Below, piece by piece: positions 46,269 to 56,200 of a stretch of 64,000 nucleotides of DNA (within the stretch, counting starts at the first letter, position 1; every line of letters starts with the position of its first letter). The stretch covers positions 67,668 to 131,667 of the forward strand of contig NZ_DASQCB010000019.1 in assembly GCF_035634915.1 (NCBI RefSeq), read 5' to 3'. Under the pieces are notes generated by a model, which ran no database searches, was not told the origin of the DNA, and saw only the letters and a list, made by a program, of their open reading frames with translations. This DNA comes from Stenotrophomonas sp. GTDB taxonomy: Bacteria > Pseudomonadota > Gammaproteobacteria > Xanthomonadales > Xanthomonadaceae. Made by a program: the position numbers and the translations under genes.

Positions 46269-47249
46269 ATGAAACTGTTTCCGCTGCACATCCTCCCGAA
46301 CGACACCAAGATTGATTTCATGCGCTGGCGCCATGTCGCCATGGCAGTCACGATCGCGGTGTTCATTGCTTCGGTGGCCATCATCGGCGTGAAGGGCTTC
46401 ACCTTCGCGCTGGATTTCACCGGCGGCACCCTGATCGAAGCCCGCTTCGATCACCAGGTGGACGTCGAGCAGGTCCGCGAGAAGCTGGAGAGCAATGGCT
46501 TCGAAGGCGCCCAGGTGCAGAGCTACGGTGGCAACACCGATCTGCTCATCCGCCTGTCGCCGCACGGCGAGCACGCCCCCGGTACCGGCGACGCCGCTGC
46601 CGAGGACAAGGCCACCGCCGCGGCGGTGGTCAAGGCGATCAACAGTGCCGACAACCCGGTCACGATCCTGCGCAATGAGTTCGTCGGCCCGCAGATCGGC
46701 AAGGATCTGGCCAAGAACGGCCTGTACGCCACCATCTTCATGCTGGCGGGCTTCCTGATCTACATCGCGGTGCGCTTCGAGTGGAAGTTCGCGGTCACCG
46801 CCAGCATCGTGGCGCTGTTCGACCTGCTGGTGACGGTCGCCTACGTGTCCCTGCTGGGCCGCGAGTTCGACCTGAACGTGCTGGCCGGCCTGCTGTCGGT
46901 GATGGGCTTTGCGATCAACGACATCATCGTGGTGTTCGACCGCGTGCGTGAGAACTTCCGCAGCCTGCGTGCCGAGCCGATGGAGGTGCTGAACCGTTCG
47001 ATCAACCAGACGCTGTCGCGTACGGTGATCACCGCGGTGATGTTCTTCCTGTCCGCCCTGGCGCTGTTCCTGTACGGCGGCAGCTCGATGGAAGGCCTGG
47101 CCGAGACGCACATGATCGGTGCAGTGATCGTGGTGCTGTCTTCGATCCTGGTGGCGGTGCCGATGCTGACCATCGGTGCGCTGCGGGTGAGCAAGCAGGA
47201 TCTGCTGCCGAAGGCGAAGGACGTCGAAGCCCTGGCCCGTCGCCCGTAA
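46269..47249 (+). CDS. secF: protein translocase subunit SecF
   Basis: 326 aa, typical SecF (…FTFALDFTGGT…INDIIVVFDRVRE…). Confidence 0.95.
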   Translation: MKLFPLHILPNDTKIDFMRWRHVAMAVTIAVFIASVAIIGVKGFTFALDFTGGTLIEARFDHQVDVEQVREKLESNGFEGAQVQSYGGNTDLLIRLSPHGEHAPGTGDAAAEDKATAAAVVKAINSADNPVTILRNEFVGPQIGKDLAKNGLYATIFMLAGFLIYIAVRFEWKFAVTASIVALFDLLVTVAYVSLLGREFDLNVLAGLLSVMGFAINDIIVVFDRVRENFRSLRAEPMEVLNRSINQTLSRTVITAVMFFLSALALFLYGGSSMEGLAETHMIGAVIVVLSSILVAVPMLTIGALRVSKQDLLPKAKDVEALARRP

Positions 47250-47275
47250 GCAACCGCGCTGCGAGCAATACACGG

Positions 47276-47301
47276 AAAACCCCGCGCAAGCGGGGTTTTT
47301 T
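47276..47301 (+). terminator. rho-independent terminator after secF
   Basis: AAAACCCCGC-GCAA-GCGGGGTTTTTT. Confidence 0.75.
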
Positions 47302-47304
47302 GTT

Positions 47305-47896
47305 GGCAGGGCTTGCAGCCCTGCACCTGCTTCAAGCCAGGGCAACTTCAAAAGCCGGAGCGGCATTCCGTGGGATGGCGGTGCACTGTGGGTTTGCGGG
47401 GACGGCGCAAGTACGTCCATGTAGCCTTGGTCGCCGCATCCATGCGGCTCACACCCCGCAAACCCACAGTGCCCCGCCTTCGACAGGTTCACGCGGCTGT
47501 TGGCAACGGCGCTACGCGGCTGTTGGTAGGTGTCGACCTTGGTCGACACATCTGTCAGATATCGAACGAGATCATCCGTGTCGACCAAGGTCGACACCTA
47601 CCAGAGCAGAGCGCCGTTCCGACAGATCACGGAAGTCTGTCGAAGGCGGGGTGGGTCCGGTTGAGGGGGCGTGAGCCGCATGGGCCCGAGGCATGCCTCG
47701 GGCGGGTTGGGCAGGACGCCCAACCCCGGTCTTGCCGTGTGCGCAGGACAGCGCACACGAGCAAGCGGCGACCGAGCTTACAGGGACGTACTTGCAGCGT
47801 CCCCCTCAACCGGACCCCCCCGCCAACTCACGGACAGCCCGCTTTTGACGTTGCCGTTACCGTTGCACTGAGCAGGTGCAGGGCTGCAGGCCCTGC
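47305..47896. repeat. composite repeat superstructure B
   Basis: Left ~180-bp copy 47305..47486 and right copy (reverse, 260 bp with an insertion) 47637..47896. The core holds an inverted pair of GGTAGGTGTCGACCTTGGTCGACAC units. Confidence 0.85.
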
Positions 47897-48005
47897 AGAA
47901 AAACCCCACCCTACGCCAGCGTCGGTTGTGCAATCAGCCCCTGCGCACTACGATCCTGCGGTTCGCGTGCGCCCCGTGCGCCGCATCTGCCAACCCGAGG
48001 TTTCC

Positions 48006-49265
48006 ATGGTCATCAAACCGCGCGTCCGCGGCTTCATCTGCGTCACCACCCATCCGACCGGCTGCGAGGCCGCGGTCAAGCAGCAGATCGACTACATCCG
48101 CGCCCGCCCGCCGATCCAGAATGGCCCCAAGCGCGTGCTGGTCATCGGTGCGTCCACCGGCTACGGCCTGGCGGCGCGTATCACCGCGGCCTTCGGCAGT
48201 GGTGCGGCAACCCTGGGTATCTTCTTCGAACGCCCGGGCAGCGAAACCAAGCCGGGCACCGCAGGCTGGTACAACTCTGCCGCGTTCCACAAGTACGCCG
48301 ACGAAGCCGGCCTGTATGCCAAGAGCATCAACGGCGATGCCTTCTCCGATGAAGTGAAGGCCAAAACCATCGAGATGATCAAGGCCGACCTCGGCCAGGT
48401 CGACCAGGTGGTCTACAGCCTGGCGGCCCCGCGCCGCAAGCACCCGAAGACCGGTGAGATCATCAGCTCCACGCTGAAGCCGATCGGCGAGCCGATCACC
48501 CTGCGTGGCCTGGATACCGACAAGGAAGTGCTGACCGAGACCCACCTGCAGCCGGCCACGGCCGAAGAGATTGCCGGCACGGTCGCAGTGATGGGCGGCG
48601 AAGACTGGCAGATGTGGATCGACGCGCTGTCCGATGCCGGCGTGCTGGCCAATGGCTGCACCACCACGGCTTTCACCTACGTGGGCGAAGAGATCACCCA
48701 GGCGATCTACTGGAACGGCTCCATCGGTGCGGCCAAGAAGGATCTGGACGACAAGGTGCTGGGCCTGCGCGCGTCGCTGGCGAAGATCGGCGGCGACGCC
48801 CGCGTCTCGGTGCTGAAGGCCGTGGTCACCCAGGCCAGCTCGGCCATCCCGACCATGCCGCTGTACCTGTCGCTGCTGTTCAAGGTGATGAAAGCGCAGG
48901 GCACGCATGAAGGCTGCATCGAGCAGCTCGACGTGCTCTACGACATCCTGTACGGCGGCAAGGCCGACGGCGTGGCCGTCGACCGCCTGCGCCACGACCT
49001 GGTCGATGGCCAGGGCCGTACCGTCGCCCTGGTGGACGAGGAAGGCCGCCTGCGCGCCGACTACAAGGAAATGACCCCGGAAGTGCAGGGCAAGGTGCTG
49101 GAGCTGTGGCCGCAGGTGACCAACGAGAACCTGTATGAGATCAGCGACCTGGCCGGCTACAAGGCCGACTTCCTGCGCCTGTTCGGTTTTGGCGTGGACG
49201 GCGTGGACTACGAGGCCGACGTCAATCCGGACGTGAAGATCAACAATCTGGTCGATCTGACCTGA
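48006..49265 (+). CDS. fabV: trans-2-enoyl-ACP/CoA reductase FabV
   Basis: [31 protein letters not shown]... matches the FabV N-terminus. The upstream 231 codons of ORF 47313..49265 run through repeats. Confidence 0.88.
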   Translation: MVIKPRVRGFICVTTHPTGCEAAVKQQIDYIRARPPIQNGPKRVLVIGASTGYGLAARITAAFGSGAATLGIFFERPGSETKPGTAGWYNSAAFHKYADEAGLYAKSINGDAFSDEVKAKTIEMIKADLGQVDQVVYSLAAPRRKHPKTGEIISSTLKPIGEPITLRGLDTDKEVLTETHLQPATAEEIAGTVAVMGGEDWQMWIDALSDAGVLANGCTTTAFTYVGEEITQAIYWNGSIGAAKKDLDDKVLGLRASLAKIGGDARVSVLKAVVTQASSAIPTMPLYLSLLFKVMKAQGTHEGCIEQLDVLYDILYGGKADGVAVDRLRHDLVDGQGRTVALVDEEGRLRADYKEMTPEVQGKVLELWPQVTNENLYEISDLAGYKADFLRLFGFGVDGVDYEADVNPDVKINNLVDLT

Positions 49266-49276
49266 CACGATGAACG

Positions 49277-49384
49277 GTAGCGCCGGGCCATGCCCGGCGG
49301 ATGCCGTGGATGCCGCTGCGTTCGCCGGGTATGCCCCGGCGCTACCTGCGCGGGCGGTGGCAGTGCCGGCCGCTGGCCGGCATC
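49277..49384. repeat. SMAG cluster between convergent fabV and FimX-like genes
   Basis: GGTAGCGCCGGGCCATGCCCGGCG, CGCCGGGTATGCCCCGGCGCTACC and GTGCCGGCCGCTGGCCGGCA. Confidence 0.65.
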
Positions 49385-49391
49385 AGCGGAT

Positions 49392-51461
49392 TCAGCCGAA
49401 ATCGAAGTTCATCGACGGCAGTGCCGGCCCGACAAAGTCGCCCTGCACGTAGTCGACGCCTGCACTGAACAGCAGGGTCATCGAGTTGGCATCGCTGACG
49501 AACTCGGCGATGGTGCGGATGCCGGCTTCCTGCGCGCGCGCGGTGATCTGGGTGATCCGGTCGATGTTCTCGCGGGTGGCCGCCAGGTCGCTGGTGAAGC
49601 CACGGTCGAGCTTGAGGAACTGCGGCTCGAAGTGGGCCAGCAGCTGGAACGAATCCAGCCCCGAACCAAACTGCTCCAGGCCGATGCGGCAGCCCAGCGG
49701 CGCAACGTCGGCCAGGAACTGCTGGGCCGCACGCAGGTGGGTGAACACCTTCGCCTCCGGCGCGTGCAGCCACAGCCGTTCGCCCGCCACGCCCTGTGCC
49801 TGCAGCTGCTGGCGCAGGGTGGCGATCATCTTCGGGTCATCGAACGATTCGGGGGTGACCTTGACCAGGATCTGGGTGTCATGGCCGGCACGTGAGCGTT
49901 CGCCCAGCACGTTGATCGCCTGCGCCACCACCCAGCGGTTGATGTCGCCAAGCAGGTCATGTTCCTCGGCAATGCCGAGGAAGGCGGTCGGGCTGAGCAG
50001 CTCGCCGTTGTGTTCCAGCCGCAGGTAGGCCTCGTACAGCTCAAGCGGCTCGCCCTGCAGGTTCAGCACCGGCTGGTAATGCAGCTGGAAGCCGTCGCCG
50101 GCCAGGGCCTCGCGGATGCGAGCGACCCAGCGCTGCACGCGTTCTTCCTCGATACGGTCAACCGCGGCCGGGTCGAAGATGCGCGAGGTGTTGCCCAGTG
50201 CCGCCGCCGCCTGCGCGCATTCGCTGGCACGCGCAAGCACCTGGCCGATGCTGGCGATCTTCTCGCCCACCTGCACGCCACCGATGCTGACCGTGACCGT
50301 GGCCGAGCGCGGGCCGATGCTGAAGACGTGGGCGGCGAAACCTTCGCGGATGCGCTCGGCCAGGGCAACGGTCTGGGCGTAGGCGCCGGACTGCAGCACC
50401 GCGAAACTGTGCTCGCCAAAGCGCGCCATCCGTGCGTCGTCGCCCACCACCGCGGCCAGCTGTGCGGCCATCGCCCCGATCAGGGCGTCGGCCGAGTCCA
50501 GGCCGATGTCGGGGATCAGGCGTGCGTAATGGTCGGGCTCGATCAGCAGCAGGCCGAACTGGCCTTCGCTGCGGCCGGCCTGGGCCACGGCATCTTCCAC
50601 CTGCAGCATGAAAGTGGGGCGGTTGAGCAGGCCGGTGACCTGGTCGCGCTGGCGCAGGTCCTCGACCTCGCGGGCCAGTTCCGGATCCAGTTCCAGGCGA
50701 CGGCGGAACACCACCTGCAGGCAGGACTCGCCCTCGTAGGTGGCGGCGGTGAATTCCATGGTGGCGGGGAACGCGCTGCCATCCTGGTGGCGCGCGTCCA
50801 GCTGGTACTGCGGTGGCGGCGCGTCGCCACGGCTGAGCGACTTCAGCAGCTGCTTGAAGCTGTCCACGTGCTGGGCCGCGACCATGTCCAGCAGCGAGAT
50901 GCCTTCGATGTCCTCGAAGTCCTCGTAGCCGAACATGTCCAGATAGGCATCGTTGGCGCGGATGTGCATGCCTTCGTGCACGTAGGCGATCGGGTCGCGC
51001 GAGGAGGCGATGAGCGCGTCGCAGCGGCGCTCGGTCTCGCGCATCTGCGCCTCGATGCGGCGCAGGCCGCGCCGTGCCTGCAGGTCGACCCACTGGTCGC
51101 GCACCACCGCCAGCAGATGCTCGTTGCGCTGGCGCAGGGCCAGGGCGCGCACCCCATTGCTGCTGGCCTGGACCAGGTCGTCCTCGTCGATGCGATCGGC
51201 CAGCAGCACCAGCGGGATGTCCTTGCCGCTGGCGGCGATGTGCTGTGCCACCAGGGGCAGCGGTATGGCCTGCGAGGGCGACGCCAGCACCAGGTCGATG
51301 GCCTGGCTGGCCAGCACCTGCGACAGTTCGGCCGAATCCTGCGGGCGCCAGGGGCGCACGGCGATGCCGCTGTTGCGCAGGGTGCTGACGATGGCTTCGG
51401 CGTTCTCGCCGCTGTCATCGACGATCAGCAACCGGATGGTGATGTCGTTCGCGTTCTGCAT
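49392..51461 (-). CDS. FimX-like REC-PAS-GGDEF-EAL protein with degenerate signature motifs
   Basis: 689 aa starting at MQNANDITIRLLIVDD. The receiver lacks the acceptor Asp (IDLVLAS). GEHSF replaces GGDEF and EAY replaces EAL. Confidence 0.75.
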   Translation of the reverse strand: MQNANDITIRLLIVDDSGENAEAIVSTLRNSGIAVRPWRPQDSAELSQVLASQAIDLVLASPSQAIPLPLVAQHIAASGKDIPLVLLADRIDEDDLVQASSNGVRALALRQRNEHLLAVVRDQWVDLQARRGLRRIEAQMRETERRCDALIASSRDPIAYVHEGMHIRANDAYLDMFGYEDFEDIEGISLLDMVAAQHVDSFKQLLKSLSRGDAPPPQYQLDARHQDGSAFPATMEFTAATYEGESCLQVVFRRRLELDPELAREVEDLRQRDQVTGLLNRPTFMLQVEDAVAQAGRSEGQFGLLLIEPDHYARLIPDIGLDSADALIGAMAAQLAAVVGDDARMARFGEHSFAVLQSGAYAQTVALAERIREGFAAHVFSIGPRSATVTVSIGGVQVGEKIASIGQVLARASECAQAAAALGNTSRIFDPAAVDRIEEERVQRWVARIREALAGDGFQLHYQPVLNLQGEPLELYEAYLRLEHNGELLSPTAFLGIAEEHDLLGDINRWVVAQAINVLGERSRAGHDTQILVKVTPESFDDPKMIATLRQQLQAQGVAGERLWLHAPEAKVFTHLRAAQQFLADVAPLGCRIGLEQFGSGLDSFQLLAHFEPQFLKLDRGFTSDLAATRENIDRITQITARAQEAGIRTIAEFVSDANSMTLLFSAGVDYVQGDFVGPALPSMNFDFG

Positions 51462-51552
51462 GCACTGCTCCCCAATCTGCAAATCTAGATACACGATGCG
51501 GGGCAGTCCGTCCATGCGCGCACCCCTTGCGAAGCTGGAACGGCGATGCGGT

Positions 51553-52737
51553 TCACACCACGTTGCCGGCGGCGTGGCCACTGGCCCAGGCCCACTGGAA
51601 GTTGTAGCCCCCCAGCCAGCCGGTCGCGTCCAGCACCTCGCCGACGAAATGCAGGCCGGGCACGTGCTTGGATTCCATCGTTGCCGAGGAAACATCCGCC
51701 GTGTCCACGCCGCCCAGCGTGACCTCGGCGGTACGGTAGCCTTCGGTGCCGCTGGCCACCAGCGGGAACGCCCCGAGCAGCTGCCCGGCCTGCCGCAGTA
51801 CCGGTTCGTCCAGCTGCCGCACCGGGCGGTCCGGCAGCCAGTGTTCGCACAGGCGCTGGGCCAGGCGCTTGGGCAGCACCTCGGCCAGCACCGTGCGCAG
51901 TTCGGCCGCCGGGCGGTCGCGCTTCATCTGTCGCAGCCAGGCGGTCGCGTCCTGGCCGGGCAGCAGGTCCAGTTCCAGTGCATCGCCGGGCTGCCAGAAC
52001 GAGGAGATCTGCAGGATGGCCGGACCGCTGACGCCACGGTGGGTGAGCAGCATGAAGTTCTGGAAGCTTCTGCCGTTGCAGCGTGCCTCGATCGGCAGGG
52101 CGACGCCGCTGAGATCGGCCAGGCGCTCCTGGTGGGTGCCACTGAGGGTCAGCGGCACCAGGCCGGCGCGGGTGGGCAACACCTGGTGGCCGAACTGGCG
52201 GGCCAGCTCATAGCCGAAGCCGGTGGCGCCCATGCTGGGGATGGACAGGCCGCCAGTGGCCACCACCAGCGAGGCGCAGTGGAACAGGCCCTGCGTGGTG
52301 TGCACGCGGAAGCCATCGCTGCCGTGCTCGATGCGCTGCACGCTGCAGTCGGTGCGGATCTGCACGCCTGCCGCCTGGCACTCATCCACCAGCATCTTCA
52401 CGATCTGCTTGGAGGAGATGTCGCAGAACAGCTGCCCCAGCTCTTTTTCGTGATACGCGATGCCGTGCCTGTCCACCATCTCGATGAAGTGCCACGGCGT
52501 GTAGCGCGCCAGCGCCGACTTGCAGAAGTGCGGGTTGGCCGAGATGAAGTTGGCCGGGGTGGTGCCGGTATTGGTGAAGTTGCAGCGGCCGCCACCGGAC
52601 ATCAGGATCTTCTTGCCGACCTTGTTGGCGTGGTCGATCACCTGCACGTGGCGGCCGCGCTGGCCGGCGGTGATCGCGCTCATCAGCCCGGCCGCGCCGG
52701 CACCGATGACCAGCACGTCGCAGCGGATCGTGCTCAT
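51553..52737 (-). CDS. HI0933/BaiN-family FAD-dependent oxidoreductase
   Basis: DVLVIGAGAAGLM and GGGRCNFTN motifs. Start moved to Met68 (MSTIRCD). Confidence 0.8.
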   Translation of the reverse strand: MSTIRCDVLVIGAGAAGLMSAITAGQRGRHVQVIDHANKVGKKILMSGGGRCNFTNTGTTPANFISANPHFCKSALARYTPWHFIEMVDRHGIAYHEKELGQLFCDISSKQIVKMLVDECQAAGVQIRTDCSVQRIEHGSDGFRVHTTQGLFHCASLVVATGGLSIPSMGATGFGYELARQFGHQVLPTRAGLVPLTLSGTHQERLADLSGVALPIEARCNGRSFQNFMLLTHRGVSGPAILQISSFWQPGDALELDLLPGQDATAWLRQMKRDRPAAELRTVLAEVLPKRLAQRLCEHWLPDRPVRQLDEPVLRQAGQLLGAFPLVASGTEGYRTAEVTLGGVDTADVSSATMESKHVPGLHFVGEVLDATGWLGGYNFQWAWASGHAAGNVV

Positions 52738-53282
52738 GCCTTGGCGCGCTTGCGCCAGTCCGGAATGATGTCGAGCTGGATCTGGTCGTTGAGCAGCTGC
52801 ACTTCGCCATCCTGGATCAGCACGCTGAAACGCATGGCGCGCTGGATCTGCTGGCCCCACTGCTCGACGAAGGCACCGTCGAGGTCGACCACCGACAGGT
52901 TGTCGAAACGGGCCAGGGCCTTGCCCTGCTTGTTCCACCAGATCTCGGAGGCATTGCCACCGTAGTTCACCACCTGCACCTGGCGGCTGCGGTTGCAGGC
53001 CTTGCGGATGCGCGATTCATCGGGGTGGCCCAGGTCGATCCATTGCAGGATGTCGCCGGTGTAATCGTGGTTCCACAGGTCCGGCTCGTCGTCGGTGCTC
53101 AGGCCGCGGCCGAATTCCAGGCGGTCATCGGCGTTGAGGGCGAAGGCGAGCAGGCGCACCATCAGGCGCTCGTCGGTTTCCGACGGGTGCTGGGCCAGGG
53201 TCAGGTTGTGGGTCGCGTAGTAGCCGCGATCCATGTCGCTGATCTGCAGCTCGGCCTTGCGGATGGTGGCGGTGAGGGCCAT
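52734..53282 (-). CDS. yaeQ: YaeQ family protein
   Basis: MALTATIRKAELQISDMDRGYYATHNLTLAQHPSETDERLMVRLLAFAL... closely parallels E. coli YaeQ. These are the last 182 codons of ORF 52734..54656. It overlaps the downstream gene by 4 bp. Confidence 0.85.
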   Translation of the reverse strand: MALTATIRKAELQISDMDRGYYATHNLTLAQHPSETDERLMVRLLAFALNADDRLEFGRGLSTDDEPDLWNHDYTGDILQWIDLGHPDESRIRKACNRSRQVQVVNYGGNASEIWWNKQGKALARFDNLSVVDLDGAFVEQWGQQIQRAMRFSVLIQDGEVQLLNDQIQLDIIPDWRKRAKA

Positions 53283-53405
53283 GGGGAATCCGTGTACTAA
53301 AGACGACAATGATAGAGGTTTGCCGGAAGGGTGTCCGTGGCAGGAGTGTCTGCCGGGCGTCAACGATGGCACCCTTGCGCTCCTTGCCGCCGCAGAAGTG
53401 ATGTG

Positions 53406-54293
53406 ATGAACCTGCCCAGCCGCCTGCAGCTGCCACCCGGGGCCTGGCCGAACCTGCTCGACGGGTTGTGCGCACGGTTCCCGCGCATCGACCGCGCGCA
53501 GTGGCTGGACCGTTTCGCCCGCGGCCGGGTGCAGGATGTGCAGGGCAGGGCGCTGGCGGCCGACCAGCCCTGGCAGGTCGGGCTGGAGATCCTCTACTTC
53601 CGCGAGGTCGATGACGAACCTGCCATTCCGTTCAGCGAGCGCATCCTGTACCAGGATGGGCATCTGCTGGTGGCGGACAAACCGCATTACCTGCCAGTGA
53701 CTCCGGCCGGTGGCTATGTACGCGAGACCCTGCTGGCGCGGCTGGTGGCGCAGACCGGCAATGCCGACCTGGTGCCGCTGCACCGGCTGGACCGGCTCAC
53801 CGCCGGCCTGGTGCTGTTCTCGCAGCGGCCCGATTCGCGCGATGCCTACCAGCGCCTGTTCCGCGAGCGGCGCATCGACAAGACCTACGAAGCGCTGGCG
53901 CCGGCGCTGCCCGGCCTGCGGTTCCCGCTGCAGCGGCAGAGCCGGATCGTGGCCGGCGAGCCCTTCTTCCGCATGGCCGAAGTGCCGGGCGAGGCAAACG
54001 CGCGCACCCGGGTGGAGGTGATCGCGGCCGAAGGGACCGTCTGGCATTACCGGCTGCGGCCTGAAACCGGGCGCAAGCACCAGTTGCGGGTGCATATGGC
54101 GGCCGTGGGCGCGCCGATCCTCGGCGATGACCTGTACCCGCATCTGCAGCCGGCGGCCGATCCGTTGCAGGCGCCGCCGTTGCAGCTGCTGGCGCGGGCC
54201 CTGGCATTCCAGGACCCGCTCAGTGGCGACATGCGGTTGTTCAGCAGCGAACGTTCGCTGCGGTGGCGCGACGGCGGGGCGGGGGAAGGCTGA
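53406..54293 (+). CDS. RluA family pseudouridine synthase
   Basis: LVADKPHYLPV, HRLDRLTAGLVLFS and KTYEAL motifs. Start moved to Met26. Confidence 0.8.
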   Translation: MNLPSRLQLPPGAWPNLLDGLCARFPRIDRAQWLDRFARGRVQDVQGRALAADQPWQVGLEILYFREVDDEPAIPFSERILYQDGHLLVADKPHYLPVTPAGGYVRETLLARLVAQTGNADLVPLHRLDRLTAGLVLFSQRPDSRDAYQRLFRERRIDKTYEALAPALPGLRFPLQRQSRIVAGEPFFRMAEVPGEANARTRVEVIAAEGTVWHYRLRPETGRKHQLRVHMAAVGAPILGDDLYPHLQPAADPLQAPPLQLLARALAFQDPLSGDMRLFSSERSLRWRDGGAGEG

Positions 54294-54307
54294 ACAGCGT
54301 GGTTTGA

Positions 54308-54796
54308 TCAGCGCGGCTTGATCCGGGCCAGCCATCGATCCAGTTCGGCAGCAAACAGCTGGCGATCGCGCGGGCCCAGCGGCGGCGGGCCGCCCGTCTG
54401 CACCCCGGCACCGCGCAGTTCTTCCATGAAATTGCGCATCGACAGCCGCTCGGCCATGTTGTTGGCGGTGTACAGCTGCCCGCGCGGGTTCAGGGCCACG
54501 GCTTTCTTTTCCAGCACCAGCGCCGCCAGCGGGATGTCCTGGGTGACCACCAGGTCGCCAGCGGCCACCCGTTCGACGATGGCGTTGTCGGCCACGTCCA
54601 GCCCCTGCGGCACCTGGATGGCGCGCAGCCAGCGCGAGGGCGGGGTGCGGATCCACTGGTTGGCGACCAGGGTCAGCTCCAGGCCGACGCGCTCGGCAGC
54701 GCGGAACAGGATGTCGCGAATGACAATGGGGCAGGCGTCGGCGTCGACCCAGATCCTCGGGCGGCCGTGTTCAGCTTGGGTTTCAGCTTCAGTCAT
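54308..54796 (-). CDS. yaiI: YaiI/YqxD (UPF0178) family protein
   Basis: [23 protein letters not shown]...VANQ...DVADNAIV...[13 protein letters not shown] parallels E. coli YaiI. Confidence 0.8.
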   Translation of the reverse strand: MTEAETQAEHGRPRIWVDADACPIVIRDILFRAAERVGLELTLVANQWIRTPPSRWLRAIQVPQGLDVADNAIVERVAAGDLVVTQDIPLAALVLEKKAVALNPRGQLYTANNMAERLSMRNFMEELRGAGVQTGGPPPLGPRDRQLFAAELDRWLARIKPR

Positions 54797-55098
54797 CTAC
54801 CCAGTGTAGGGTAGGAAAATCCTGAATAGGGACTCGGATTTAGCCTCGATCCGCTGCCAGCCCTTGCCACGCCTAGCGGGGCAGGCGATGCGAATGAATG
54901 TCAGGGCTATCGCTTTTTCCAGAAAACACGCGTATCGTTCGACCCACTGTGTTTGCTAGGGTCACCGTGAATCGTGGCCTGGTGCAGTTGATCTCACGAT
55001 CCGCTCATCGATCCGCTTTACCAACGCCTGCAACTCAGTCTCGGCCCCGATTCCCGGTGGCTGCGATTTTTTCAACATGTGTTTCAGGAGTTAGTCAA

Positions 55099-55308
55099 AT
55101 GTCTGATCGTCAGACCGGCACCGTCAAGTGGTTCAACGACGCCAAGGGCTTCGGCTTCATCACCCCGGAAAGCGGCCCGGACCTGTTCGTGCACTTCCGT
55201 GCCATCCAGGGCACCGGCTTCAAGACCCTGCAGGAAGGCCAGAAGGTCACCTTCATCGCCGTCCAGGGCCAGAAGGGTATGCAGGCTGACCAGGTGCAGG
55301 CGGTCTAA
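55099..55308 (+). CDS. cspA: cold-shock protein (CspA family)
   Basis: 69 aa, [33 protein letters not shown]..., with RNP1/RNP2 motifs. Confidence 0.93.
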   Translation: MSDRQTGTVKWFNDAKGFGFITPESGPDLFVHFRAIQGTGFKTLQEGQKVTFIAVQGQKGMQADQVQAV

Positions 55309-55334
55309 TCCGTCTGCTACCGTTGGGTAGCCAG

Positions 55335-55369
55335 AAACGCCGGAAGCGAAAGCTTCCGGCGTTTTTTTT
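55335..55369 (+). terminator. rho-independent terminator after cspA
   Basis: AAACGCCGGAAGC-GAAA-GCTTCCGGCGTTT followed by TTTTT. Confidence 0.8.
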
Positions 55370-55375
55370 GCTTTT

Positions 55376-55451
55376 TGTAGAGTCGAGCCATGCTCGACTG
55401 CGCCATGCTCGACTGCGGTGTGAAGGCAGTCGAGCATGGCTCGACTCTACA
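55376..55451. repeat. SMAG cluster (inverted pair plus partial copy)
   Basis: TGTAGAGTCGAGCCATGCTCGACTGCGCCATGCTCGACTGC...GCAGTCGAGCATGGCTCGACTCTACA. Confidence 0.75.
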
Positions 55452-55479
55452 ATGGGCCATGCATTCCAAGAGCCCGCCC

Positions 55480-56169
55480 ATGCGCATCGTCCACCACCTG
55501 GAAAACTCCCGTTCGCTGCGCGTGCTGTGGATGCTGGAAGAGCTGGGGCTGGACTACGAGCTGCGCCGCTACCCGCGCGATCCGAAGACGCTGCTGGCGC
55601 CGCCCGAGCTGCGCCAGGTGCACCCGCTGGGCAAGTCGCCGGTGCTGCAGGAGGGCGATCTGGTGCTGGCCGAATCAGGCGCCATCCTCGACTACCTGGC
55701 CGACCGCTACGACACTCAGCGCCAGCTGTCGCCCGCGCCGATGCCGGCCGAGGCGGCCGAGCGCATCGATTACCGCTACTGGCTGCACTACGCCGAAGGC
55801 TCGGCCATGCCGCCACTGCTGCTGACCCTGGTGATCGGCCGCATCCGCAGTGCGCCGATGCCGTTCTTTGCCCGCCCGATCGCCCGCAGCATCGCCGACA
55901 AGGCCGAGCGCGGGTTCATCGGCCCGCAGCGGCGCCTGCACCTGGAATGGATGGAGCGGCGGCTGGCCGAAAGCCGGTGGTTTGCGGGCGATCGGTTCAC
56001 CGCCGCCGACATCCAGATGAGCTTCCCGATCCAGGCCGCGGCAGCCCGGGGTGGTGGACTGCACGACAAGCCCGCGCTGCGCAGCTTCCTCGCGCGCATC
56101 GGCGAGCGCCCGGCCTACCAGCGCGCCGAGGCCAAGGGCGGCGCCCTGCAGGCCCTGCGCGGCGATTGA
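55480..56169 (+). CDS. glutathione S-transferase family protein
   Basis: MRIVHHLENSRSLRVLWMLEELGLDYEL...HPLGKSPVL...ESGAILDYL. The upstream part of ORF 55390.. runs through SMAG repeats. An alternative start lies at 55459. Confidence 0.8.
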   Translation: MRIVHHLENSRSLRVLWMLEELGLDYELRRYPRDPKTLLAPPELRQVHPLGKSPVLQEGDLVLAESGAILDYLADRYDTQRQLSPAPMPAEAAERIDYRYWLHYAEGSAMPPLLLTLVIGRIRSAPMPFFARPIARSIADKAERGFIGPQRRLHLEWMERRLAESRWFAGDRFTAADIQMSFPIQAAAARGGGLHDKPALRSFLARIGERPAYQRAEAKGGALQALRGD

Positions 56170-56200
56170 GGCGCGGCCTCGCCGCCCCCATCCTGTGGGG

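Noticed and set aside
47301-47330. A sigma54 promoter in TGGCAGGGCTTGCA of the element's terminal palindrome.
   Set aside because: The GG-to-GC spacing is 10 nt rather than the 12 nt of TGGCAC-N5-TTGCA. The other copies lack the TGGCA.
47313-48005. The N-terminal 231 codons of the 650-aa ORF that contains fabV.
   Set aside because: This part runs straight through repeat superstructure B. The FabV homology begins at the Met at 48006 ([12 protein letters not shown]...).
52734-54656. A 640-aa minus-strand ORF.
   Set aside because: Only the last 182 codons are YaeQ. The upstream part is antisense to the RluA-family and YaiI regions and has non-coding composition.
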